From Prasinococcaceae sp. CCMP 1430 (lineage: Eukaryota; Plantae; Prasinodermophyta): a DNA stretch of 25,810 nt. Position 1 is the stretch's first letter. Each line of letters begins with the position of its first letter. The notes below the pieces were generated by a model that was given only the letters and a program-made list of their open reading frames with translations, had not been told where the DNA came from and did no database searches. Shown piece by piece: positions 1 to 10,495 of the stretch. Location: contig RQSC01000014.1 in NCBI GenBank assembly GCA_013416795.1, forward strand, positions 372,962 to 398,771, given 5' to 3'. Made by a program: the position numbers and the translations under genes.

Positions 1-399
1 AGTGGCGCGCGCGCCCCCTCCCTCGGTCGGTCGGTCGGCCGGCGCGCCCGCCCGACCGAGCGAGGTCCTCGCCCGCATCGGCCGAGCGATCGCGCTTTCG
101 AATCGGCGGGAAAGGAGCCCGCGAGCGCGCGCGCGGGCAGGCGGGCGCGGGCGGGCGAGGCAGCAGATTCTTCTTCCGAGCTGGATCTCTGGCTGGTTCC
201 ATGCATGGCTGGCGTTGGCTTGGCCTGTTGGTGGCGCGGCGCCGGCCGGCGAAGGGGCGGGGTGCGCACGGCTCGGATCCGACGAGAGGCCATACGGCAT
301 ACGGAAGGGAAGCGGAAACGGCAGTCAGGCAACAGGCAGGAGTGTCGCGCGCATCGTGCGCGCGATTCGGCAAGGAGCGCGCTCCGATGCGCCCGGCAT

Positions 400-576
400 C
401 TCGAGTTGGACGCAGACACCAGCGCCGTCTCGGTCGCACACGCGAGCGTCGTGCCGCTGCTCGAGGGACGCGCCGACGGCGGCGTGGCGTGCCTCAGGGA
501 CGACCCCGCGAACTTCGCCGCCGCGAGCGACTCCTCCGAGTACGCCTTCGAGGCCGCGCTCGCGGACCTCAGAGGC
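400..576 (+). CDS. Probable coding exon fragment, product not recognised (LELDADTSAVSVAHASVVPLLEGRADGGVACLRDDPANFAAASDSSEYAFEAALADLRG)
   Basis: Run of strongly G/C-ending codons giving a non-low-complexity peptide in the frame of ORF 205..1959. No start, stop or splice sites assigned and no family recognised. Confidence 0.35.
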
Positions 577-727
577 GCGAGGGAAGGGGAGGGGGGCGCG
601 GAGGCACCCAGCTCGTGTTGTGGGCGCGCCCCCCGCGCTCGCGATCGCATCACGAGACACGCGCGTTCGTCGCCTGGTACAGTACAGAGGTATGCTACAA
701 CAGAGACCGTGGCGGTGCGCGCCCCGG

Positions 728-850
728 TCACGTGGCCCTCCTCGCCTTGCGAATGGCATCGAGCACGGCGCTGCGCGCGACGTCCTTGGCGGTCCCGCGC
801 CCCTTGGCGACGCCGCCCGCGGCTCCGAGGGGTGCGCCGGCCCCGCCGCG
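728..850 (-). CDS. C-terminal exon of an unidentified gene running into the N gap (...GGVAKGRGTAKDVARSAVLDAIRKARRAT*)
   Basis: Mostly G/C-ending codons, TGA at 730-728, 5' part lost in gap 852-1638. Confidence 0.4.
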   Translation of the reverse strand, partial: RGGAGAPLGAAGGVAKGRGTAKDVARSAVLDAIRKARRAT

Positions 851-851
851 C

Positions 852-1638
852 NNNNNNNNNNNNNNNNNNNNNNNNNNNNNNNNNNNNNNNNNNNNNNNNN
901 NNNNNNNNNNNNNNNNNNNNNNNNNNNNNNNNNNNNNNNNNNNNNNNNNNNNNNNNNNNNNNNNNNNNNNNNNNNNNNNNNNNNNNNNNNNNNNNNNNNN
1001 NNNNNNNNNNNNNNNNNNNNNNNNNNNNNNNNNNNNNNNNNNNNNNNNNNNNNNNNNNNNNNNNNNNNNNNNNNNNNNNNNNNNNNNNNNNNNNNNNNNN
1101 NNNNNNNNNNNNNNNNNNNNNNNNNNNNNNNNNNNNNNNNNNNNNNNNNNNNNNNNNNNNNNNNNNNNNNNNNNNNNNNNNNNNNNNNNNNNNNNNNNNN
1201 NNNNNNNNNNNNNNNNNNNNNNNNNNNNNNNNNNNNNNNNNNNNNNNNNNNNNNNNNNNNNNNNNNNNNNNNNNNNNNNNNNNNNNNNNNNNNNNNNNNN
1301 NNNNNNNNNNNNNNNNNNNNNNNNNNNNNNNNNNNNNNNNNNNNNNNNNNNNNNNNNNNNNNNNNNNNNNNNNNNNNNNNNNNNNNNNNNNNNNNNNNNN
1401 NNNNNNNNNNNNNNNNNNNNNNNNNNNNNNNNNNNNNNNNNNNNNNNNNNNNNNNNNNNNNNNNNNNNNNNNNNNNNNNNNNNNNNNNNNNNNNNNNNNN
1501 NNNNNNNNNNNNNNNNNNNNNNNNNNNNNNNNNNNNNNNNNNNNNNNNNNNNNNNNNNNNNNNNNNNNNNNNNNNNNNNNNNNNNNNNNNNNNNNNNNNN
1601 NNNNNNNNNNNNNNNNNNNNNNNNNNNNNNNNNNNNNC
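852..1638. other. Assembly gap (787 N)
   Basis: Seen directly. Confidence 0.99.
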
Positions 1639-2445
1639 CCAGTGCCCCCACCCTCCCCCCTTACCCACCCCCACTGCGCATTGCCCGCGCGCGCTCCGAA
1701 AGCGGCGCGCCGCGCTCGCCCGCAGAATGAGTTAACCCTACAAACTTCGCACAAATTTAAAATCATATGGTGTTCATTCTACCCTAACTCAACCCAAACC
1801 CTTGTACCGTGCGAATTCGCATGCGCGCCTCTGCGTGGAGACTTCTGCCATCCTCATCTGACGCGCGCGCGCTCGGTCGGGGAACGCGGGCCCTTGCGGC
1901 GATGGGAGGGACGCGCGTGGGCGGGGTGGGGCGGGGGTGGCGCGGGGATGGCTGGCTGAGGGGGGGGAATGGGACGGGCCCGGAGCACGGGCAGGGAGCG
2001 GCGCAGTCGGTCCGGGCAGGGCGGATGCCCTGACCGGCCGAGCGCGCGCGCTCGCGCTGGCTGGCTGGTGCCCCCGCCCGGCCTGCGCTTGGAGGGGCAT
2101 ATGGCTGGCTGGCTGCTGCTGGCGGCTCGGAACTTGGGGAGCGTAGGGTGATGCCTGGCAGGGCATCGAGGTTCCCCTGGCTGGAAGTTTCTTTCACGTC
2201 CTTGGTTGGTTGGGGAACAGCCGGGGGGCGCCAGTTGTCGCGTTCCCCCGGGCGCGCGGAAGCGGCGCGCCGCCGAGCGCTCCGGCCGGGGGCCGAGGGC
2301 CGGGGGGACGCCACAGCGCGTGCGGGCGCGGGCGCGAGCGCGGCGGGCGCGCGGCGACGGCGAGCGGCGCGGGGAACCGTGTCGCGGTGACAAGGAAGGA
2401 GCGCGCGAGCGCGAGCGCGGGCGCAAGAACTGTCGCGCGACGGAG

Positions 2446-3008
2446 ATGCCGCCCCGCGCGGCGCCGTCGGGGTCGCCGCACGCCGACGCGATGCGCACGG
2501 CCCAGGCCTCGCGCAAGCGGGCGGCCCGCGTTGCCCTCGCCGGTGGGGACGGGCCGGGTTGCTGGTGCTGGCTTGTCACTGTTGAGGAGGCAGCACACTC
2601 GCGGCGGCAGCGGCTCGGCAGAGCTGAGAACACGGGCACGCTTGCGAGGCTCACGGCCGTTAACGGCGCGTACTACCGCTTCGCCTCGGAGGTGTGCGCG
2701 CCACGTCCACTGTGTTTGCGTGCGTACACATAAGGATGCGTGCGCTCCTGCGAGCGCGCTCGATGGCTCGCGCAAAATCGAGCTGTGAACGCGCTGCTGA
2801 CCCTCCTACCGCTCATCGGACGATCTTTCCCACGCAGACGCGTCCCAAAAAGAAGCGGCGGCAACGGCACCACTTGTTGCACGAGAACGAGTTCTTCCTC
2901 GGCTGGGTGCGCTCCGGTGAGGATGCGGACGGCGACGTCGTCACAGGCGACGTGCTCGAGCCTACCTGGCAGGAACTGAGCCACATCGACCTTGGTGTGG
3001 AGGAGTAA
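2446..3008 (+). CDS. Hypothetical 138-aa protein, join(2446..2691,2838..3008), with basic PKKKRRQR stretch
   Basis: ATG at 2446. Phase-0 intron GAG|GTGTGC (2692) to CCCACGCAG|ACG (2837) joins ...NGAYYRFASE to TRPKKKRRQRHHLLHENEFFLGWV...DLGVEE*. Family not recognised. Confidence 0.55.
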
Positions 3009-3103
3009 CATGCGGGGGAAGCGTGAGATATCTGAGCAGCGCAGCACCGACCGACGGCGACGACGCACACGCCGGCGCGCGCCTCGCGTAGTACTCTCAA
3101 TTA

Positions 3104-4988
3104 TTATTGCCATTTCTTCTGTGCCGCCGCTGATGACCCAGTGCAGTCATCATCGTCGGCATCACAACGAAGCTGCGCGAGCGTACCGCAGGCGAGCGCC
3201 ACCAGCACGTGAGCAGCGCTGTACGCCGAGCCTAGTGCGTCGTGCAGATACGGCAGTGCAGGCGGCGGGGCAACGAAGATGGCCAGAGCGTGTAACACTG
3301 CTACGCCGAGCAGAGACACGACGACGACCGGCCACATGAGGCAGGAGAAGTCCGTCAGGCGTGAACTCCGGACCCCACTGCCCTCGCCACCCTTCCATGC
3401 TCTGGTCTTGCTTTTGTCGTCGTCGACGCCCTGAATGCCCGCAGTCTCGGCGTGCCCCTTCGCACTCGCATCGCTGTGGTCCAGCGCACCGTAGAGCACC
3501 GCGTGCAGCAGCAGCAGCGCGGCGTACGCCACCGCCTGGCCGTCCTTGTGTAGCAGCGGCCACATCGAAAAAGCACCGATGGCCTGCGCCCAGCCAGCCA
3601 GGACCGGGTGCTCACCAGCCAAGAGAGTGAGTGGCAGCAGCGGCAAGAGGATAGACTTCTCGTGCACCTGTACGCGCGCGGCGCGCGTACGAGCCACGCG
3701 CGGGTGTCAGGCGGGCCGCCGCGCTTTGTGCGCGCCAACACGCGCACGCGCGTGCCGTCGAATATACGCCTGCCGGCGCTTGTGGCGCACCTGGAAAGAG
3801 AACAGGAAGAAGGCAAGCGAGCAGTTCATCAGGCACAGCAGGAAACCTCGGCGGCTAGGGCGCACCACCTGGTGGCATACCGCCGGCGCCATGGCTACGA
3901 GCGTCGCGAGCAGGCACAACACCGGCATGAGCTGTGGTGGCACCAAGCGCTTCCACTTGATGGCCAGGCTCGAGGCGCACCAGAAATTCGCCACGTAGTC
4001 CTCAAAGAGGCCGCGTGAGAAGGGAAATAACCTTCTGACGACCTGGGTCGCGGCGTCGGCAGAGCCCAACCATGGCGCCCACAAGAGAACAAAGACGCCA
4101 ATGACGGTCGCTCCAAGTCGGCACACCTGAGCAGCGACGCGCGCCGCGCCGGCGGCGCCGCTGCACTGGCCCTGCGGATGCGCCTTGCGTCAGCCTTGGG
4201 CTCTCACTCAGTTTGCTCCCTCGCTCTCGAACGCTCCAACACGCACAAGGGCAAGAGCGCTGGTTGCTCGTACGCACCTTCCCCCGTCGCAGCGCTTTGC
4301 CGAGCATGTATGCAAAAAAGGCCGGCGCGTAGTAGAGCGCCATCTGCTTGTGGTTAAGCGCCAGGGCAAACGCGACCGCGCCTGCGATGTCAGCACCTCT
4401 CATAGCGAGAGCTGCGCCTGCAATGCTCAGGCCCAGGCTCACGCCGTTGTACTGAAAGTGCCCGTGGTCGATGAGCAGCAGGCAAGGCTGCAGAGCGAGC
4501 GCGGCGAACGCGCGCAGGGCACGCTTCTCGCCTCGACCATCGCCTGGCTTCCTCCCGCCTTGGCGCGAGTAGTACGCCATCGCAGCAGCGTAACACGCAG
4601 GAAGGTAGCACATCACATCGCCAAGGATGACGCTCAAGCGCATGGCCGCCTTGCTCGCCTCCGACTCGAAGCCGCGGCTCCGCTTGCCGAGCGCGAGCGC
4701 CTCCGGCCCTGCGAGCGCCGCGACGAGCCCCCCGCACGCGCGCGAGTGGTACGCCGTCAGTGGCGGGTAATCGAGGCCCCAGTACTGCAGGTCGTTGTGC
4801 TCGCCCTGCTCGTACCACTCGCGCGCCGGCAGGTGCAGCGTGAGCTCCATCCAGTGGCGCTGCGCTTCGTAGTCGCCGTACATCGGCGGCGTGGATTCGC
4901 CCGAGTGTGGCCCGAGCCCGACGGCGGCGCGCGCCACAAGCGCAGCCACCGCCACGCACGGCGCGCCGAGCGCGCCGAGCGCGTCCAT
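3104..4988 (-). CDS. ALG6: Dolichyl-pyrophosphate Man9GlcNAc2 alpha-1,3-glucosyltransferase, exons 4988..4278, 4171..3791, 3667..3104
   Basis: ALG6 signatures YGDYEAQRHWMELT, NDLQYWGLDYPPLTAYHS, LIDHGHFQYN, LNHKQMALYY, RLFPFSRGLFEDYVANFWC, FSFQ|VHEKSILLP. Two phase-0 GT-AG introns (4277-4172, 3790-3668). Ends in KKWQ*, a dilysine ER-retrieval motif. Upstream in-frame starts (5090, 5114) are possible. Confidence 0.95.
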
Positions 4989-5341
4989 CGTGCCCGGCGT
5001 GGCGAAGCGGCGCGTTGGCGAGCGGGCCAGCGGGCCCGCCGGCGGGCCCCGGCAGACCACCGCAGGAGCCGCGCGGCTTGTGGCATCCATCCTGGAGCGA
5101 GGATGTTGAGCCATATCAAAATCAAATCACGGTGGTGAAGCCGATGCCGGCGGAACCTGCCGTGTGGAAGGTGCTGATCGCCCCCCCATCACCCCCACCC
5201 CCATCCACCCCTCCTCCCTCCCGTTGCACGCCAGCGCCTACCCGCGTGCCCATGGCGCGCGCACCAGCGCCCTGCAGGCGCGGCTGGAAGCGAACGTGGT
5301 GATTAGTGGCGTTAAAAATGAGGCGCACGAAAGCAGCCGGC

Positions 5342-7714
5342 CTACACCTCCGCTCCTGCCCACTCGATGGGGCCGAGGTCCTCGGCGAGCCACGGATGCT
5401 TCAGTGCCTCTGCCGCCGTCGGCCGCTCCTCAGGGTCGCGCGTAAGCAGGTGCTCCACGAAGGCGACCAGCCCCTTCGGGGCGCCGGGCATCTGCGACGC
5501 GAGAGTTGTGCGCTTGGGAACCAGGTAGCTGAAGCGTTCGTCCTCCCCACGCTCGAAGATCCTGCCCTGTCGCGTAAAGTACTTGTGCGCGTGTCGCGAG
5601 GGCTCCAGGACCGTTGGCGGGAAGGGGCCATTGAGCGCTACCACACGAGCCAGGAGTGAAGCAGGTCCATCGTTCTGGAATAGCACGACGCCGCTCCACA
5701 GCTCGGCGAGGATGCATCCCAGCGACCAAATGTCGATGCCCTGTGAGTACGGCGCGCCGATGATCACCTCCGGCGCGCGGTAGTTGCGACTCTGTACGTA
5801 GCTGCTTAGATGGTCCGTGAGGAAACAAGAACTTCCGAGGTCGATCACCTTGATGTCGCACGTTTTGGGGTCGCGGATGAGGATATTTTCGGGTTTCAGG
5901 TCGCAGTGGATCAGACCCAGAGAGTGGATGAACGCGAGTCCCTCGAGCACCTGACGAGCGATGCGCTGGAGCCGCGCGGGCACGAAATACGGCGCGTCGG
6001 TCCGCTCGCGCAGGCTCTTCTGCCACTCGTACAGATTGGACTGCAGCAGCTCGCACACTATGAACAGATGCTCGCGATGGTAGAAGTAGTCGAATAGCCG
6101 GAGGATGTGTTTCTCATCGGCAGGGTCGCATGAGTTCACGTACTGCGAGGAATGGCGCGCACGCAGCGCGATCGTCAGCTGTTGCTTGTCACTGATGCGC
6201 GACCACCGGGCAGAGAGCGCCCTTCAGCGCCGCACCTTGAGCAATTTGATCTCATCGAGGCTTTGGTCGAAGAAGTCCTTATTGTTCTTGATGATCTTCA
6301 TGCACACCATGGTGCCATTCTGCAAGTCCAGCGTCTGGATCGCAGTGCTGAACGCAGCCGAGCCAAGCTTGTCAATCACTTGGTATCTGCCTGCGATAAC
6401 CTCGCCAAGCTGCACGGGAAAGTCCTTGCATTCCTCGAAGCCGGTGTGCCGTCGCCGATGGATCACCCGCAGCGTAAATGTCTCGTACTCCTCGCCCATG
6501 GCCTCCATACTAGCGCTGTCAGGCCTTCCACCGTGCGCCCGGCCGCCGCCGAGATGTCCCCCAATGCCTAAGCTTCCGCGGCTGCCCATGCTACTGCGCG
6601 AGCCCAGCAGGCTGCGCAGCGCGTTCATGTCGTAGAAGCCGGCCTTTTGGCCCATCTCGCCATGCTGGTCACTTCCACGCGAGGGGGGTACCTCGTTGGT
6701 CCTCGCTGAGATCACCTCAGCCTCCGAGGTCGACGGCCGCATCTGATCCTCCCCAGCCCCGGCGCCGCCAGGCACGCCCGCATCCGAGAAGCTCGTCCTG
6801 CGCCGGCGCCGGCGCTGCCTGCGCGCCTGCCAATTTCCCACCTCGCTCTCGTCTCCGATTGTGTCGTCGCCTTCCTGCGGCTGCGCGCCGCCCTCCTCCA
6901 CCTCGTCCCCCGTCTCCGGATTCGACGGGAACAGCGCGTCGCCATCCATCGGCGGAGTCTCCGGGAGCACCGGGAAGGAAAATCCGCCACCACCGCCTCC
7001 ACCGCCGCCGTCGAGCCCGCCGGCCTCGCTGCGCTCTTCCTCTTTCAGGCCTCCGAGGACGTCCCCGATTTCGTTCCCACTGTCCAGGTCCAAGGAGATC
7101 TCCCTGCGGTGCTTCCCGCGCGGCGCCCGCTCGCGGCTGCTGCCGTCGGCCCCCTCGGCGCCCCCATCAGCACCCTCTTCGGAGCCTCCCTCCTCGGCGC
7201 CTCCGTCCTCGGCGCCCTCGTCGGCGCTGGCGAAGTCATCGCTCAGCGTCATGTCCCCCTCGTGAGTGCTGTCCAGCTCGTCCTCTTTGCTCCCGCTAGC
7301 GTTCCCGTCGCCGTCATCGTCCGTCTCCTCATCCGTGAGCGAACCAACCAGCTCTTCCCCGTAGAAGCGCTCCATGTCGTCGACTGGCACGCGGTAGTAG
7401 CCCAATTCGTCCTCCTCCCAGCTCTCGTCCATCTCGGGTGGGCACGAGTCAGCAGGGCTCAGCGGCGGGGCCGGACGCGAGCGAGCAGCAGAGCCAGACG
7501 CGCTGCTGCGCGTGGCGCTGCTCGCGCCACTGCTGGGCCGCGACGCCACGGCATCCTCATCGCGCGCATCCGATACCGCCACGCGCTCGGCTCCCGCTCC
7601 GACAGCGGTCCCCTTCCCTGCTTCCCCGGCACGCGCCAGCGCCGCCTCGAGGAGATTCGCCGAGCTGTCCTCGCCAGCCTGCCGCAACAACTCGATCGCC
7701 CACGCGGCCGACAT
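5342..7714 (-). CDS. DYRKP: Plant-type DYRK family kinase (DYRKP-like), exons 7714..6236 and 6142..5342
   Basis: LRVIHRRRHTGFEECKDF, LGSAAFS Gly-loop variant, KIIKNNKDFFDQSLDEIKLLK|YVN, HCDLKPENIL, DLGSSCF, SYVQSRNYRAPE. Phase-0 intron 6235-6143. Long acidic disordered N-terminus, ATG at 7714. Additional introns in the N-terminal part cannot be excluded. Confidence 0.9.
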
Positions 7715-8201
7715 CCTGGCGGAGGCTGAAGCAGCCGCGAGTGAGGCCGGGGCGAGCAGCCCGGGCGGGTGCAGGAGGGGCCAGCGACCCTTGCCGCGAG
7801 GGGACGCTCGCCGCCAGCAGGGCCGGGGGTCGCGGCCGCTCCCTGTGGCGCCCCCGCCCGGCAACGCCCAACACCCGCGCGCCAGCGCGCGCTTGTGCGG
7901 TCCGCCTCGACGAAATGCTTTTATTCCGCAAACGCTTCCATCTTTTCGAGTTGACCGCCCAAGAAAAGCGGCCGCGGAAAACGAGAGAGGATCGCGCGTT
8001 TGGCGCGCGCCACCGCGCCGCGCGGGGACGCGCATATGGGGTTTTAAAAAGGGTTTACAGTATACATGTGCTGTGTCTCTGTGTGCCTGTGTACCTGGGG
8101 CCACACGGCGCGCGGGCGCGGCGCGCCGCGAGGTGTGGGAGGGAGCGGGTGGGGGAAGGGCGGCGCGCGGTGCGGGGCCGGTGGGTGTTTGCTGCGGTGG
8201 T

Positions 8202-8253
8202 CGCGTGGGCGCGAGCGCGTGGGCGCGGGCGCGTGGGCGCGAGCGCGTGGGCG
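8202..8253 (+). repeat. 14-bp tandem repeat CGCGTGGGCGCG(A/G)G x3.7 just upstream of the SelS-like ATG
   Basis: Units start at 8202, 8216, 8230 and 8244. Confidence 0.85.
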
Positions 8254-8256
8254 GTG

Positions 8257-8499
8257 ATGGCGTTCCCCGGGGACGGCGCGCCGCATGGCACGGCGCCGTT
8301 CTACTCGTGGGCGCTTGCGTTCTTGCGCGACTTCCTCGCGGCGCACGGCTGGTCCATCGTGTTCGGCACGGTCGCGCTCGCGCTCGCGCTGCCGCCGCTG
8401 TGCGCCCGGCTGGGCGCCGTACGTGAGCGTCTCGAGGAGAGCGCAGACCCTGGCAGGCGGGATCGCCTCAACAACGGCGCGGCCGCCGCGCGCGCGCGT
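8257..8499 (+). CDS. Selenoprotein S (VIMP)-like membrane protein, N-terminal ~80 aa only
   Basis: FLAAHGWSIVFGTVALALALPPLCARLGAVRERLEESADPGRRDRLNNGAAAARAR resembles the SELENOS segment LATYGW-IVF-TM-ARLRALRQR...DP...ALAAAR (recalled from memory, not searched). GC3-rich codons. The coiled coil and Sec-containing C-terminus are absent. Confidence 0.55.
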
Positions 8500-9386
8500 C
8501 CGGGCAGCACAGGCCTGCCCAGCGCTTGCCGGCGGCGCAGCTTGGCGTTCTCGCGAGCACCGCCGCTGCCGAAAGCCACAGCGCTCGCGGCCGCTGCGTC
8601 CGAAGGGTCGCGCGCCAGCTGCGAGGTGTGTGTTGGGGTGGGGGGCGGGGATGGGTGTCAGCGCGGCGCGAGGATAGACACAGCCTCGGCGGCGACCGCA
8701 CGAGCGCGCGCGCCGAGTGCGCCGCGCACGCACCAGCGGCACGCCGACGCCCATCTGCCTCCCCTCCGACTCGAGCGCCTTCTCGGCCTTGCGCCGCGCG
8801 CGCATGTCCCTGCGGAGCGCGGCGTTGCTGGCGTAGTCGTCGCCAAAAGGCACCGCCGCCGAGTACAACTGCGCGCGTGCCGAATTGGGCGGGCGCCCCG
8901 TGCTGGTCAGCACCCGTGCGAGAGGGAAAGAGAGGCAGGGAGGGAGGGAGGCAGGCAGGGAGGGAGGGAGGGAGGGAGCCGCGGAGCACCACGCACCTCA
9001 TCCATCCTTTTGGTCGCCGCCTTGGCGATGCGCTCATCCTCCTGGGCGCGCTCCAGGGTGGCCATGGCGTCGCCCCCGGTCGTCCGCTCCCCTTCTCGCC
9101 TCCCTTGGCGCAGCTGGGCGCGCTCGCGCTCGGCGCGCTCGGCGGCCCTCTCGTCCGTCCCCGCCCAGTAGTCGCCCTCCTCGGCGCGCACCGGCGCGTT
9201 GCGCCGCGTGTGCCGGAAGCGCCCGCCGGAGACGAAGACGAAGCCCGCGCTCTGCGGGTCGGTGCGCACCACGAAGGTGGCCCCGCAGCAGGTCGCTTTC
9301 ATGGTGAACTGCCAAATGGGCGAGGAGAGGTACGCGCCCGCCCGCTCCTTGCGCGCGTTGAAGCGCACGCCGCGCCCGAGCGCCTC
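8490..9386 (-). CDS. CCDC130: CCDC130/YJU2B splicing factor, lacking its N-terminus; exons 9386..8997, 8868..8734, 8618..~8490
   Basis: LGRGVRFNARKERAGAYLSSPIWQFTMKATCC...VRTDPQSAGFVFVSG, GDAMATLE, DDYASNAALRRDMR, VPL|LARDPSDAAAASAVAF match the CCDC130 (CWC16 family) motif order. Two phase-0 GT-AG introns (8996-8869, 8733-8619). Confidence 0.85.
8934..8978 (+). repeat. (GGGA/GGCA)n tetranucleotide repeat in CCDC130 intron; potential G-quadruplex
   Basis: Five GGG runs with 1-nt loops at 8958-8976. Confidence 0.8.
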
Positions 9387-10494
9387 TGTGAGACCAGGCT
9401 TGCCGATGCCGAATGAGCGCAGCTCGTTGAATGCCACACACGGGGCGCTGCTGTCTTTCCCGGTGCTTGTGATGGCGCCGCTCTGGGCTGCAACGGTTGA
9501 GCCTCCCGCGACATCCGCCACTGTGACTCCGAAGGGGCGCACAACGCGCGTTTGCACCGCCATGGTGTCATGACATTGAGCCACGAGGCGGCGCGCGACG
9601 ATCTCGTTGCGCGCATCACCTTCTAATACGTCGATGCGCGCTTCCGCGACACGCTCGAGGCCGCGGCGCTGCAGCGCCTCGCGTGCCTCAAAGTCAACGA
9701 CGATCTCAGCACGGTCGATGCGCTCCAAATCCGACGCGGACTCATTGGTGCGCAAAATGTCCTGGAAGAGCGACCGCAGCTCCTGTAGCTCGACGCGTAG
9801 GCGGGCGCGATGATCACCAAGTTCACCAGCATCGTCGTTGGCTTCAAGAGTGAAATGCGAGAGCGACGCGCTTGCGTCGTCTGCACCCGAGCCGCCCTCG
9901 GCGGCGGACCCTATTGGCACCTCATCGTCGTTGTCTATGGCGTCCATGTCGTCGGCGGTGCCGCCGTCACCGCCTGCACCATTGCCGTCGTTCGTAATCC
10001 CGCACGTCTGCGACGACGACGTTGTGGCTGCTTGCGCACTGCGCGCTGCCAGGAGCAGAGCCTTTGCATCTGGCGAGCCCTCGCACGTGAGTGCGAGGAT
10101 GGAGCCGTCGACGCCGGCCGATACCAGAGCGCCACCCGTAACAAGCGTAACGCCTATGCCGCCACCCTGTGCGCTCGCGTGCAGCCGCTCCTTGACCAAG
10201 CTCGGCGCCGATGTCTCTAGCCTGCCCGTGGCGAGGGGTACTATCGTCACCGAGCCATCGCCCGCACTCACACACACGTACGCGCCATCTGCCGTAAGCG
10301 ATAGCGATGTGCCAGGTTTCTCAGCCACTGGTGGGGTGCGCTCGTCAGGCGAGCGCACGCGCGAGCCTGTGCCGCCCCAAGCCTGCTTGCGCTCCGACAG
10401 CACGTAGCGACAGAGCGTCTTCTCTTCGTCGAGTGCCAATATGGCACCCTTAGGAGACTCGACCAGCGAGGTCAACGCGCTCGCCACACGGAAC
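9387..10494 (-). CDS. CFAP43: Internal ~370-aa fragment of cilia/flagella-associated protein 43 (last WD40 repeats plus start of coiled coil)
   Basis: WD40-like strands (SLSLTADGAYVCVSAGDGSV, LVSAGVDGSI) followed by ELRSLFQDILRTNESASDLERIDRAEIVVD...QCHDTMAVQTRVVRPF, resembling the CFAP43 block ending ECWDSMAVKGR. Begins at the single N (10495). More A/T-ending codons than its neighbours. Confidence 0.7.
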
Positions 10495-10495
10495 N
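10495..10495. other. Single-N contig join between CFAP43 fragment and phosphorylase 5' region
   Basis: Seen directly. Unrelated genes on opposite strands abut it. Confidence 0.95.

Noticed and set aside
1730-1802. Interstitial telomeric repeat (AACCCTA-like words)
   Set aside because: Only scattered degenerate matches within an AT-rich intergenic patch, with no tandem array.
2-1959. 300-580 aa ORFs spanning the first gap, and likewise those spanning 23620-24135
   Set aside because: They stay open only because N runs contain no stop codons.
1784-2314. Minus-strand ORF 1784..2314 as the 5' end of the gene whose last exon is 728..850
   Set aside because: Non-ATG start, weak codon bias, low complexity, and no supportable splice path across the gap.
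8495-9500. Hidden complemented segments rescuing the SelS C-terminus or the CCDC130 N-terminus
   Set aside because: I complemented the sequence next to both junctions by hand and neither gave SelS-like or CCDC130-like peptide.
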